Positions 48,575 to 57,122 of a DNA stretch of 64,000 nt are shown here, one piece after another. Numbering within the stretch: position 1 is the first letter of the stretch; the number at the start of each line of letters is the position of its first letter. The notes under the pieces are model-generated. The model saw nothing but the letters and a program-made list of their open reading frames with translations, was not told the origin of the DNA and did not search any database. Where the stretch lies: positions 6,088 through 70,087 of the forward strand of contig JACKAH010000001.1 in the NCBI GenBank assembly GCA_020635175.1. The letters are read 5' to 3'. Source of the DNA: Deltaproteobacteria bacterium (GTDB lineage Bacteria; Bdellovibrionota_C; UBA2361; J135). The position numbers were made by a program, and so were the translations under genes.

Positions 48575-50416
48575 TTGACGTATACACTTACGCATATGCG
48601 TAAGTTTTACCTTTTTACCTTGCTTTTCTTAGCTTGGATCATTGTTGCTTTTAACTTGGCACCTGCTCCGTATTGGCGTGATTCAGCTGAGTTTGTCATC
48701 ACAGGGGCTTTTTTAGATATAGCTCATCCTGCTGGCTACCCACTCTTATCTCAGCTTAGCAACATGTTTGCTTTACTACCATTTGGCACACTGGCTTTTA
48801 GAGTAAATGCATTCTGTGGATTTGTGGGAGTGCTCGTTCTGTTTGGAACAGCATATATAACTTATCGAATCTGTGTTTATGATCTTAAATTAGGCGAGAA
48901 GGACGCCTGTTTAGCAGGGGTTCTCAGCGCCGTTTTGTTAGCTCTTGTTCCCGCTTTTATTAGACAGCTTTTTCAAGCAGAAGCCTATCTCTTAAACACA
49001 CTTTCTCTTCAAGCACTCTTTGTTCTATATCATCGCTACCTGCATGACTCAGATTTGCGCCACTTACTCTTAGCAGCTTTTATTGCAGGACTCTCTTTGG
49101 GAAACCACGTCTCAATTGCGCTGTCGTGCGCTTTAATGCTGCCAATAATGCTTTATAGCTTTAATGATTTTAAGAAGGTGGTTCTGCCTGGCATCTTGTT
49201 GTTCACCTTGGGTCTTGGAGTTTATGCCTACATACCAGTTAGGGCTGATTCAAATCTACCACTTAATACTGGTGCGGTGAGCACTTTTGATAGGTTTATT
49301 GACCAGGTGACTGCAAGTCGAGATTTTACGATCCGATCAAGTGTGGCCTCGACTGAAAAGCGTCCACCAGCATTCCATCTATTTAGAGGAGATTTATTCT
49401 CTGTTGTTAAAAAAGATTTTAATCAACTTCTGTCTGAAACTAACCTTTTAGCGATTGTGCTAGCAGGAATTGGTCTAGTCTCCTTACCTTTCTTTAAAGC
49501 TCGAGCAGCTTTTGCGCTTTTAGCGGTAGGTCTTGGAAACTGGATCTTTTTTACTGAATGGATGAGCGATCCATGGATACCACTTTTTATGATCGTCTCA
49601 ATCTTAGTGCCGATTGGGTTAGTGATTCAGGTACAAAGAGCAGGTGGTCAGAGTTTAACAAAGGCTCTAGTCATTTCAAGCTACATTCTATTGGCGATTG
49701 TTTCCTGTTTTGAACAAGCATATGCAAATTATACAGCATTTAGGGATTATGATTACACAGAGATAGAAGCGCGAAATCGCGTCAGAGACCTCCCGTATAA
49801 CTCACCTTACATTATAGAGCCATCGGCCTATCTTTCTGAGTATGCATACTATATTGAAGGTTACAGAGACGATCTGCTTTTAACGTATCTGCCTGATCTC
49901 TTTTATCCTGGACTGTTCGAACCTTTCTCTGTTTATCAGAATGACGATCTAATTTTTAAGACAATAACAGGTGATGAGCTTACAAACATTGGCAACATTG
50001 ATCGCTTTATTGGTGTAATTGCGCCACAAAGGGAGATCTACTTCGAGCCTATTCCATTTCTAATAAAATACCTTAAAGGAATCGTTAGAGTTGATCAGTT
50101 TGGGGGAATTTATATTCAACAGGGTCAATCCTCGTATATTGAAAGAGCTGGTACTAAATCACAGCTATTTCACATTCAAGAACTCGCTAACCATGGAGTT
50201 TCAGTGCCTAGCATTATCGAGAATGATGAGCTATCACGATTAGATTTAATGGCGAGCTTGTACGCAAATCTATGGACAGAAATAGGCGATCTAAACCTAG
50301 CTCACCACACGCTGCAATTGCTTTGCAAAGATGCATCTTCTCCCACCTGTACCGGAAGCATTAGGCACAACTTAAACGTTTATCAGCAGTTATTGAATGA
50401 TAAGCCTGGTGCTTAG
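48575..50416 (+). CDS. DUF2723/TMEM260-like GT-C-fold membrane glycosyltransferase (putative protein O-glycosyltransferase) adjacent to the pilins
   Basis: N-terminal TM helix, then loop motif YWRDSAEFVITGAFLDIAHPAGYPL (the D-x-x-E and AHPxGYP pattern of DUF2723). About eleven TM helices and a large C-terminal soluble domain. Confidence 0.5.
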   Translation: MTYTLTHMRKFYLFTLLFLAWIIVAFNLAPAPYWRDSAEFVITGAFLDIAHPAGYPLLSQLSNMFALLPFGTLAFRVNAFCGFVGVLVLFGTAYITYRICVYDLKLGEKDACLAGVLSAVLLALVPAFIRQLFQAEAYLLNTLSLQALFVLYHRYLHDSDLRHLLLAAFIAGLSLGNHVSIALSCALMLPIMLYSFNDFKKVVLPGILLFTLGLGVYAYIPVRADSNLPLNTGAVSTFDRFIDQVTASRDFTIRSSVASTEKRPPAFHLFRGDLFSVVKKDFNQLLSETNLLAIVLAGIGLVSLPFFKARAAFALLAVGLGNWIFFTEWMSDPWIPLFMIVSILVPIGLVIQVQRAGGQSLTKALVISSYILLAIVSCFEQAYANYTAFRDYDYTEIEARNRVRDLPYNSPYIIEPSAYLSEYAYYIEGYRDDLLLTYLPDLFYPGLFEPFSVYQNDDLIFKTITGDELTNIGNIDRFIGVIAPQREIYFEPIPFLIKYLKGIVRVDQFGGIYIQQGQSSYIERAGTKSQLFHIQELANHGVSVPSIIENDELSRLDLMASLYANLWTEIGDLNLAHHTLQLLCKDASSPTCTGSIRHNLNVYQQLLNDKPGA

Positions 50417-50621
50417 GAGTAGAGTGATATTCATTAATAGTGAGCTTTTTAGTAAAAATTCAATTTTTTAACAAAATCAAGATATTATCTTGCCAGAATC
50501 GGGAACCAAACAGCAAATTTCTAGGCTTGGCAGACTCTTTGCAGAACAAGCTGTGCTTGGGATGCGTCTTCTCTATAATTAGTAGAGTGAGAAGCAACAT
50601 GCATTCCTTGGTTGTGTAAAG

Positions 50622-51665
50622 GTGGCTATCAAGTTCTTCAGAAAGATTCAGTACATGCAAGTAAAATTCAACTCTCTTACTTTTCTATTTCTCCCTATTC
50701 TAGTCTTTTTCGTCACTGTGGATTACGCGTTTGCTCAAAATTGTGATTCAGAGAAGCATCTTGTTTCTGCGCAAGCAGGCCCCTTTTCTGCTAATTCAGT
50801 TATTAGCGATCTAGTAGATGCGGCAATAACTTACGCTCTTTGGGGAAATAATACTGAAATCTTTGCGCTCATAGAACAACTCTTGCAGCAGCTCATAGAG
50901 CAGCAGCAATCTGAGATTGATGCACACAAGTGCGCTGCAGGTTGTGAGAAAAAAATCGATGAAGGAGGGACTAAGCTGGTTTTCTTTGCAGAGGAACCAG
51001 AGATTGATTTTAATTGCACAGGTAAGTTTGAGCTACCAATTACAGTATTTGCGAAACATGTTAGCTGTTCGCTTGCTAAGCTTAAATTGGCAGGCGAGCT
51101 CATGACGAAGCTTACGGAAGCTGGCGAAGAGATATGTCAAAAGCAAAAAGGTAACACCTGTCACCTAACTGCGCTCTCAATTGATCCTTTTCCCTGGGTA
51201 GAAGAGCAGCTCAAAGAAGATTGGGATTACACAGAATCTGAAGAAATTCTTTGTGAGGTTTCCGTAACTGTTCCTGTCAGTCTTAGTTGTGGTGAAAGCG
51301 AGATCTCTAGTGGAATGCAGTTAGAGATTCTTGACTATAAATATGTCTGGTGTGAAGGAATAGAGCCAAGTGGCCCCACTACAGGAACTCCTCAAGCTGG
51401 AGCGCCTCAGGCACCACCACGAACTCCTGCACCAACAATGGCTCCGGTAACAGGAGTTGGAATCTGTAACGATGGGCATATTTCGTCCGATGAACCATGC
51501 GAGCCAGGAGTAATGAATAAATGTCCAGTAGTGGTTTGTGAGTTTGGGGAACAAGTAAAGACGGTTCAGCCAAATTGCACCGAGCAATGCACTTGCGCGG
51601 AAGTTGATTGTTTAAATCTTATTTCAAGTGATACTCACGTATCCTTGCATCATTCCGACAATTAG
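50622..51665 (+). CDS. Secreted Cys-rich protein with a Pro-rich linker, unknown function
   Basis: Signal peptide (MQVKFNSLTFLFLPILVFFVTVDYAFAQ). Linker PSGPTTGTPQAGAPQAPPRTPAPT. C-terminal module with many Cys residues. Confidence 0.45.
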   Translation: MAIKFFRKIQYMQVKFNSLTFLFLPILVFFVTVDYAFAQNCDSEKHLVSAQAGPFSANSVISDLVDAAITYALWGNNTEIFALIEQLLQQLIEQQQSEIDAHKCAAGCEKKIDEGGTKLVFFAEEPEIDFNCTGKFELPITVFAKHVSCSLAKLKLAGELMTKLTEAGEEICQKQKGNTCHLTALSIDPFPWVEEQLKEDWDYTESEEILCEVSVTVPVSLSCGESEISSGMQLEILDYKYVWCEGIEPSGPTTGTPQAGAPQAPPRTPAPTMAPVTGVGICNDGHISSDEPCEPGVMNKCPVVVCEFGEQVKTVQPNCTEQCTCAEVDCLNLISSDTHVSLHHSDN

Positions 51666-51686
51666 TGATTTAAACAATTGACGTTT

Positions 51687-52238
51687 TTATTGAATAATAA
51701 ACTCGGTAAAGTAGAGCTCGGTAACTAGCGGCTCTTCAGTTTCTACGGCTTCGTTTATAGCGTCAAGAAGTTCTTCGCGAAGTTCCTCTTTTCCATCAGC
51801 ATTAAGTACCTCAGGCGCTTTCTTAGAAGAGAGTACTTTAATCACGTTATCTTTTACTCTGGCTTCAAGTTGGCCAAGTACGCCAGGAAATTTACTAACT
51901 GCAACAGCTGCTGCATTTCCATGTGTTGCTGCTGTGCTTCCATGAAGTATTTCACCATCGCACTCAAGCATTATCTTAACTTTTAAAAAAGTTGCGTTCT
52001 GAGAGAGGTTAACGATAAACGATCCTAGATCAACAACTTCAGTAAGGTGTTTCTCTTCTTGGATAAGTTCATCTTCTTCAGCAACTTTCTCCTCTCCACC
52101 ACCTAAAAACATAAATGCAGCACCCCCTGCTAAGAGGAGCACAGCGACAACGATTATGATCAGTTTCTTTTTGCCGCCTTTCTTCTTGCTGCCTTCGCCT
52201 TCGTTCGTTCCTTCTTCGTTTTCGTCTTCGTCAGCCAT
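51687..52238 (-). CDS. FliL-like flagellar basal-body-associated protein
   Basis: Charged N-terminus, a single TM helix (LIIIVVAVLLLAGGAAFMFL), then LGSFIVNLSQNATFLKVKIMLE, which resembles the FliL core. Confidence 0.45.
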   Translation of the reverse strand: MADEDENEEGTNEGEGSKKKGGKKKLIIIVVAVLLLAGGAAFMFLGGGEEKVAEEDELIQEEKHLTEVVDLGSFIVNLSQNATFLKVKIMLECDGEILHGSTAATHGNAAAVAVSKFPGVLGQLEARVKDNVIKVLSSKKAPEVLNADGKEELREELLDAINEAVETEEPLVTELYFTEFIIQ

Positions 52239-52469
52239 CGATGTTGTTCCAAAAAAAATCCTAAGCTAGTTATAGTATTAGATTTCTTGTAAGTGTAGGA
52301 GGTTTCTAGTTTCTGTTAATAAAACATCGTTAGAGGAGGCTCAGTGTAATGCTGTTATAAAAGTATCTCTAGTCTAAGAGGCACAGTTAGATTACTTGAG
52401 AAAAGTAACCAGCGCCCCTATTTTAAAGATTGCATCTGAAAGAGTGAAGACAATATTGGAGTAGATCTA

Positions 52470-53534
52470 ATGCAGAAGGAATCAAAGGATTTTCTATTTA
52501 AGCTTCTTAAAACGCCATCTCCTACTGGCTTTGAGCAAAAGATCCAACGGGTAGTCAGGGCTCGTATGGAGCAATACGCTGACTTCATTGAAACCGACTA
52601 TCACGGCAACGTGATTGTCGCAAAGAACCCTGATGCTGAAATCAGAGTTATGCTTGCCGGTCATTGTGATCAGATCGGAATGATGGTTACTCACATAACA
52701 AGTGATGGGTTTATCTATTTTGGTGCACTAGGTGGAATTGATACCGGTGTGCTTGAGGGAGCGCATGTTACTATTCATGCAAAGAAGAGTTCGATTGATG
52801 GTGTGATTGGAAGAAAGCCGATCCATTTACAAAAACCAGAAGAGCGCGGCAAATCTGTTTCTGATATTAATCAACTTTGGATTGATATCGGCGCGAAAGA
52901 TAAGAAAGAAGCCTCAAAACAGATTGAAATTGGAGATAGCATAACTTTTAAACTTGGAGTAACGGAGTTGGCAAACGATCTGGTTTGTTCTCCTGGGCTT
53001 GATGATAAAGCAGGACTTTTTGTCGCGATGGAAGCATTTCGATTATGCGCAAAGAGCAAGTTGAAAGTTGGTCTCTTTTCGGTATCTACAGTGCAAGAGG
53101 AAGTTGGTTTGCGAGGAGCAAAAACCTCTGCATATGAGATTGATCCGGATGTAGGAATTGCAATTGATGTAACGCATGCAGGTGACAATCCTGGTAAGGG
53201 TTCAACAAAAGCTGCACCCTGTAATCTAAACAAAGGACCTACTATTGCACGTGGTCCAAGTGTAAACCCTGTCGTGGAAGCAAAGTTAATTCAAGCTGCG
53301 AAGAAGCATAAGATTCCATTTCAATTTCAACCTTCACCAAGACTATTAGGCAATGATTCTACAGCAATTCAAGTTGCGCGTAGTGGTGTGGCCTCTGCTG
53401 CAATCGGGATTCCTAATAGATACATGCATACTCAGGTTGAGGTCTGTAGTTTAAAAGATCTTGAAAATGCAGCGAAACTCTTAGCTGAGTTCATTAAGGG
53501 ATTAGGTGCTCGTTCTGATTTCACACCTAAGTGA
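52470..53534 (+). CDS. M42-family aminopeptidase (FrvX/YsdC-like)
   Basis: LLKTPSPTGFEQKIQRVV...GHCDQIGMMVTHI and the metal-binding segments PGLDDKAG and EEVGLRGA. Confidence 0.7.
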   Translation: MQKESKDFLFKLLKTPSPTGFEQKIQRVVRARMEQYADFIETDYHGNVIVAKNPDAEIRVMLAGHCDQIGMMVTHITSDGFIYFGALGGIDTGVLEGAHVTIHAKKSSIDGVIGRKPIHLQKPEERGKSVSDINQLWIDIGAKDKKEASKQIEIGDSITFKLGVTELANDLVCSPGLDDKAGLFVAMEAFRLCAKSKLKVGLFSVSTVQEEVGLRGAKTSAYEIDPDVGIAIDVTHAGDNPGKGSTKAAPCNLNKGPTIARGPSVNPVVEAKLIQAAKKHKIPFQFQPSPRLLGNDSTAIQVARSGVASAAIGIPNRYMHTQVEVCSLKDLENAAKLLAEFIKGLGARSDFTPK

Positions 53535-54513
53535 TTGTCAGAACTATTTTGCCCATATTGTTATTTGATTCCATATGGCCTTGAGCGTCTTGAACTTTAT
53601 CCCAAGGATAAACCGAATCTATAATCGGCTTAAGTTGTCCAGAAGCAAAGTATGGTAATGCGTTCGTAGTAAATAACTCAACCAGCTGTGCTTTGTAACT
53701 TAAGGTTCGTGATCTAAGAGTTGTTCCGATAAATGCTCCGCGCTTAAAAAGCAATGGTGCTAGGTTTGCTTTATCAACCTTAGTGCCACCCATCATCGCG
53801 ATTGAAACAATCCTTCCGTCAACAGCTAGGGATAAACAATTTGCTTCAAAATATGGGGCACCGATAAAATCTAAGATCAGATCTGCTCCATAATTCTGTG
53901 TAGCTTGAACTACAACATCAAAAAAGTTGATCTCTTTATAATTCACTGCATCAGTTGCGCCTAAATCTAGGCAGAACTCACATTTCTGCTCAGAGCCTGC
54001 AGTCGCAATTATCGTAGAAGCGTTTTGAAGTCTAGCTAATTGAATAGCCGCAGTGCCGACTCCACTAGCTGCTGCATGAATAAGAACTGTTTGTCCTTGA
54101 GCAAGATCTCCTACTAAAAAAAGCGCTTGATAAGCGGTCAAAAAAACTTCTGGTACTGCAGCTGCCTGCTCAAAAGATAGACTATCGGGAATTATCATTG
54201 CGCACGATTGATGAGCTTTCGCTAGCTCAGCATAACCACCACCAGGTAGCAGGGCCATTACTCTGTCGCCAACTTTAAAATCGCTGACACCCTCTGATAT
54301 TCTTTCGACCACGCCACTAACATCTAATCCCAAGATCTCTGAAGTTCCTTGAGGTGGTGGGTACTTGCCTTCTCGTTGCAAAATGTCTGCGCGATTGAGA
54401 CTTGTTGCTTTTGTTCTGATTAATATTTCACCAGGTTCAAGTACAGGATCTGGTGCTTCCCCAATGTACAGATTTGCTGCTGGGCCGTGTTCGTTAAATA
54501 GGATTGCTTTCAT
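53527..54513 (-). CDS. NAD(P)H:quinone oxidoreductase (zinc-type MDR superfamily)
   Basis: MKAILFNEHGPAANLYIGEAPDPVLEPGEILIRTKATSLNRAD and the Rossmann motif AAASGVGTAAIQLA. Confidence 0.8.
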   Translation of the reverse strand: MKAILFNEHGPAANLYIGEAPDPVLEPGEILIRTKATSLNRADILQREGKYPPPQGTSEILGLDVSGVVERISEGVSDFKVGDRVMALLPGGGYAELAKAHQSCAMIIPDSLSFEQAAAVPEVFLTAYQALFLVGDLAQGQTVLIHAAASGVGTAAIQLARLQNASTIIATAGSEQKCEFCLDLGATDAVNYKEINFFDVVVQATQNYGADLILDFIGAPYFEANCLSLAVDGRIVSIAMMGGTKVDKANLAPLLFKRGAFIGTTLRSRTLSYKAQLVELFTTNALPYFASGQLKPIIDSVYPWDKVQDAQGHMESNNNMGKIVLTIT

Positions 54514-54568
54514 GAGGAAATGTTAACACGACAGATTTGGTGGAGGATACTTGTAAAAAATTAAGAAA

Positions 54569-54645
54569 TGGCGCGCCCTGAGAGATTCGAACTCCCGACC
54601 TTCTGGTTCGTAGCCAGATGCTCTATCCAGCTGAGCTAAGAGCGC
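54569..54645 (-). tRNA. tRNA-Arg (anticodon ACG)
   Basis: The reverse complement GCGCTCTTAGCTCAGCTGGATAGAGCATCTGGCTACGAACCAGAAGGTCGGGAGTTCGAATCTCTCAGGGCGCGCCA folds as a cloverleaf. The anticodon loop is CTACGAA. Confidence 0.85.
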
Positions 54646-54845
54646 ATAAAATTAACTTCAAAAGAAATCACTACTCGCCTCAGCTGGATAGAGCAAATGC
54701 TCACTATGAGATTCTATCCGAAGCTGAGCTAAGAGCGTATAAAACTAACCTCAAAAGAAATCACTACTCGCTTCAGCTGGATAGAGCAAATGCTCACGAT
54801 GAGATTCTATCCGAAGCTGAGCTAAGAGCGCATTTCATATAAGAG
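54631..54845. repeat. 2.2 copies of a 93-bp tandem repeat derived from the 5' part of the tRNA-Arg gene
   Basis: Units start at 54631, 54724 and 54817. Each begins with ctgagctaagagcg (the tRNA 5' end as read on the plus strand) and contains an inverted copy of the D-arm, tcagctggatagagca. Confidence 0.7.
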
Positions 54846-54994
54846 CTGGGGAAAGTAGCACATTAGAGAGAAATATCAAAGCAATCAGCTTCTTAAATTT
54901 CGTATAAATTTTGGAGATTTATGCATATTCAAGGCTTCTCTTCCCTTGCAAATTTCGTTTCAGATCGGTAGCCTAGCAAATCTTGAAATCAAGC

Positions 54995-55084
54995 GGTGGA
55001 ATGGCCGAGTGGTTGAAGGCGCTGGTCTTGAAAACCAGAAACGGGGAAACTCGTTCGGGGGTTCGAATCCCTCTTCCACCGCCA
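54995..55084 (+). tRNA. tRNA-Ser (anticodon UGA)
   Basis: GGTGGAATGGCCGAGTGGTTGAAGGCGCTGGTCTTGAAAACCAG...GGTTCGAATCCCTCTTCCACCGCCA. It has a long variable arm, and the anticodon loop is CTTGAAA. Confidence 0.85.
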
Positions 55085-55124
55085 CGATTTTCAAGACCCC
55101 AAAAGTTATTCGATTAGATTAAGC

Positions 55125-55217
55125 GGAGAGGTGACCGAGAGGCCGAAGGTGCTCGATTGCTAATCGAGTGTACGGTCAAAAGCCGTACCGCGGGTTCGAA
55201 TCCCGCTCTCTCCGCCA
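55125..55217 (+). tRNA. tRNA-Ser (anticodon GCU)
   Basis: GGAGAGGTGACCGAGAGGCCGAAGGTGCTCGATTGCTAATCGAG...CGGGTTCGAATCCCGCTCTCTCCGCCA. It has a long variable arm. Confidence 0.85.
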
Positions 55218-55246
55218 TGATATTCGCAATAGGGAAAGTGCTTGTT

Positions 55247-55702
55247 ATGCTTTGTCCCCACCCTAAATTTATCGATGCTTCCATATCTCAAGCCAAGCTG
55301 GCTTTGCAAAATGGTGAAGTTCCTGTTGGTGCCGTTGTTGTTTATGATGGTGAGATTATATCAGTTGCACATAACGAAGTTGAAATGCGCAACGATGCGA
55401 CTGCCCATGCCGAGGTTTTGGCAATTCAACGAGCTTCAGAAGTACTTTCGAATTGGCGCTTAACTAACTGTACTTTGTATGTAACACTTGAGCCTTGCAC
55501 AATGTGTGCTGGAGCTATTAGGGCGAGTAGGATTTCTAGAGTAGTTTATGGTGTTTCAGATCCACAGCGTGGTGCTTTTGGGTCTTTGTATGACCTTTCA
55601 CAGGACACAAGGCTTGGATCGGTTCCAGATGTCTTTGCTGGGGTGCAGGAAAATGAGTGTAAGCAGCTTTTGGATGTTTTCTTTAGTAAGATTCGTGGCT
55701 AA
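55247..55702 (+). CDS. tadA: tRNA-specific adenosine deaminase TadA (A34 of tRNA-Arg ACG)
   Basis: CDA zinc motifs HAEVLAIQRA and PCTMCAGAI. The upstream part of ORF 55157.. lies inside the tRNA-Ser gene. The start is taken as the Met of MLCPHPKF at 55247, and the Met of MIFAIGKV at 55217 is an alternative. Confidence 0.8.
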   Translation: MLCPHPKFIDASISQAKLALQNGEVPVGAVVVYDGEIISVAHNEVEMRNDATAHAEVLAIQRASEVLSNWRLTNCTLYVTLEPCTMCAGAIRASRISRVVYGVSDPQRGAFGSLYDLSQDTRLGSVPDVFAGVQENECKQLLDVFFSKIRG

Positions 55703-55766
55703 GTAGCCTCCCTTTAATAAATAGAACAAATTTGTTATACCCTCTCGATCTTAAAGTTTTCCTAGC

Positions 55767-55859
55767 GGAGAGGTGGCCGAGCGGTTGAAGGCGCACGCTT
55801 GGAAAGCGTGTGTGCGGCTTATACCCGTACCGCGGGTTCGAATCCCGCTCTCTCCGCCA
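55767..55859 (+). tRNA. tRNA-Ser (anticodon GGA)
   Basis: GGAGAGGTGGCCGAGCGGTTGAAGGCGCACGCTTGGAAAGCGTG...CGGGTTCGAATCCCGCTCTCTCCGCCA. Confidence 0.85.
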
Positions 55860-55883
55860 TCTGCCTGCCGCAGGCAGGAAGAT

Positions 55884-55915
55884 GCACAGAGCGGGATTCG
55901 AACCCGAACCACTGT
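55884..55915 (-). other. Inverted tRNA 3'-end fragment (T-arm plus acceptor strand), not a complete tRNA
   Basis: The plus strand reads gcacagagcgggattcgaacccgaacc. Its reverse complement ggttcgggttcgaatcccgctctgtgc has the canonical T-loop TTCGAAT. No matching 5' half is present. It follows the hairpin ctgcctg-ccg-caggcag, which directly abuts the CCA end of tRNA-Ser(GGA). Confidence 0.5.
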
Positions 55916-56029
55916 TCTAGTCCATTTGATTAGCCCCCTTGATACTGTTACATTTTCTCCGTGTTGGTGGGATTTCTAAATTTTTGAGTGTTTTTAGACT
56001 TAAATTTAATGGCTACGAGGGGTGGTACT

Positions 56030-56881
56030 ATGAAGTGGTTAGTGGCGTTACTGGTGCTTTTATCTTCGGAATTGATTCCGACTACTATATTTGCACAATC
56101 GAATAACCTATTTAATTTCTGTGTTAAGCGAACAATTCGTGTTAACGGCACGAAGATGATCAAAAGAATCGCTACAGTTAGAACTACTAGTTGTAAGAAA
56201 TCTGAACGTCTCTTCTTTCAAGCAGATAGCCAACTGTTGCTTTTAAATGGCCTGAAAGCTGATGTTGAGACTAATACTCAGCTTATCAATTTACTTTCAA
56301 CAGACATTAATTCAATCACTTCCCTGAATCAGGGACCTGAAGGTCCACAAGGTCCAATTGGTCCACAGGGTCCTGCTGGAGTACAAGGTGTTGAGGGCCC
56401 ACAAGGACCTCAAGGAGTTAAGGGTGATACTGGAGCTCAAGGCCTTCAAGGAATACAAGGTATTCAAGGCGAGAAGGGAGACAAAGGTGATAAAGGCGAT
56501 CAGGGTGCTCAAGGCTTGCAAGGAATACAAGGACCGCAAGGAGTTCCTGGCCCACAAGGTCCTCAAGGTAGCGCCGGTATGTACGACGCCGAGTCTGGCA
56601 GAGTCGTTGCTTGGACCTCTACACCAGTTTATTCATGTGAAGCTGTTGCATCATTAGTTTGTGCTCCAACTGAAGTTCTTCTTCATTCAACTGTTAGAGC
56701 AAAATATATCCCTAGTGGTACAGATGTTGATGCATTTATCTCTTCATCATTTATTACAGACCCTAACAATTCAGATATCGTTACAGGTGTAACTTATCGA
56801 GTGAAAGAGGCTTTAAATGGTGCGTGTTCTGCAACACCTGCTTTTAAAGTAACAATTGAAGCGCTCTGCGTACCTCGATAA
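56030..56881 (+). CDS. Secreted bacterial collagen-like (Gly-X-Y triple-helix repeat) protein with a C-terminal globular domain
   Basis: RBS gagggg. Signal peptide [23 protein letters not shown]. About 28 Gly-X-Y triplets ([43 protein letters not shown]...[10 protein letters not shown]). Confidence 0.75.
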   Translation: MKWLVALLVLLSSELIPTTIFAQSNNLFNFCVKRTIRVNGTKMIKRIATVRTTSCKKSERLFFQADSQLLLLNGLKADVETNTQLINLLSTDINSITSLNQGPEGPQGPIGPQGPAGVQGVEGPQGPQGVKGDTGAQGLQGIQGIQGEKGDKGDKGDQGAQGLQGIQGPQGVPGPQGPQGSAGMYDAESGRVVAWTSTPVYSCEAVASLVCAPTEVLLHSTVRAKYIPSGTDVDAFISSSFITDPNNSDIVTGVTYRVKEALNGACSATPAFKVTIEALCVPR

Positions 56882-57122
56882 TTAATACTTGATGCACTTG
56901 GGTAGAAGTTATTCCTAGTGCATCGAGAACACTAACAAGTTCTGTTAGTGGGCTAGGTGTACCAGGCAAGCTATGCGTATGTGGATGCTTGGTCTTTATC
57001 ATGTATGGAGAACAAGCATCCACGCACGCCCTGACGAGGGTTTCTCCTCCAGTATTTGTGCCGCGTCTTATCGCGTGGATTAGTATTCGTCGCACAGAAC
57101 TGGTTCCCTAGGTTAACCAATC

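Noticed and set aside
54618-54842. 74-aa ORF with an internally repeated peptide (AELRAHK...RNHYS...QLDRANAH)
   Set aside because: It is an artefact of the 93-bp tRNA-derived tandem DNA repeat and starts inside the tRNA-Arg gene.
55157-55246. N-terminal 30 aa of the ORF-track tadA model
   Set aside because: This stretch lies within tRNA-Ser(GCU). The real start is the Met at 55217 or 55247.
55773-55979. 68-aa ORF
   Set aside because: It overlaps tRNA-Ser(GGA) and the downstream hairpin/tRNA fragment.
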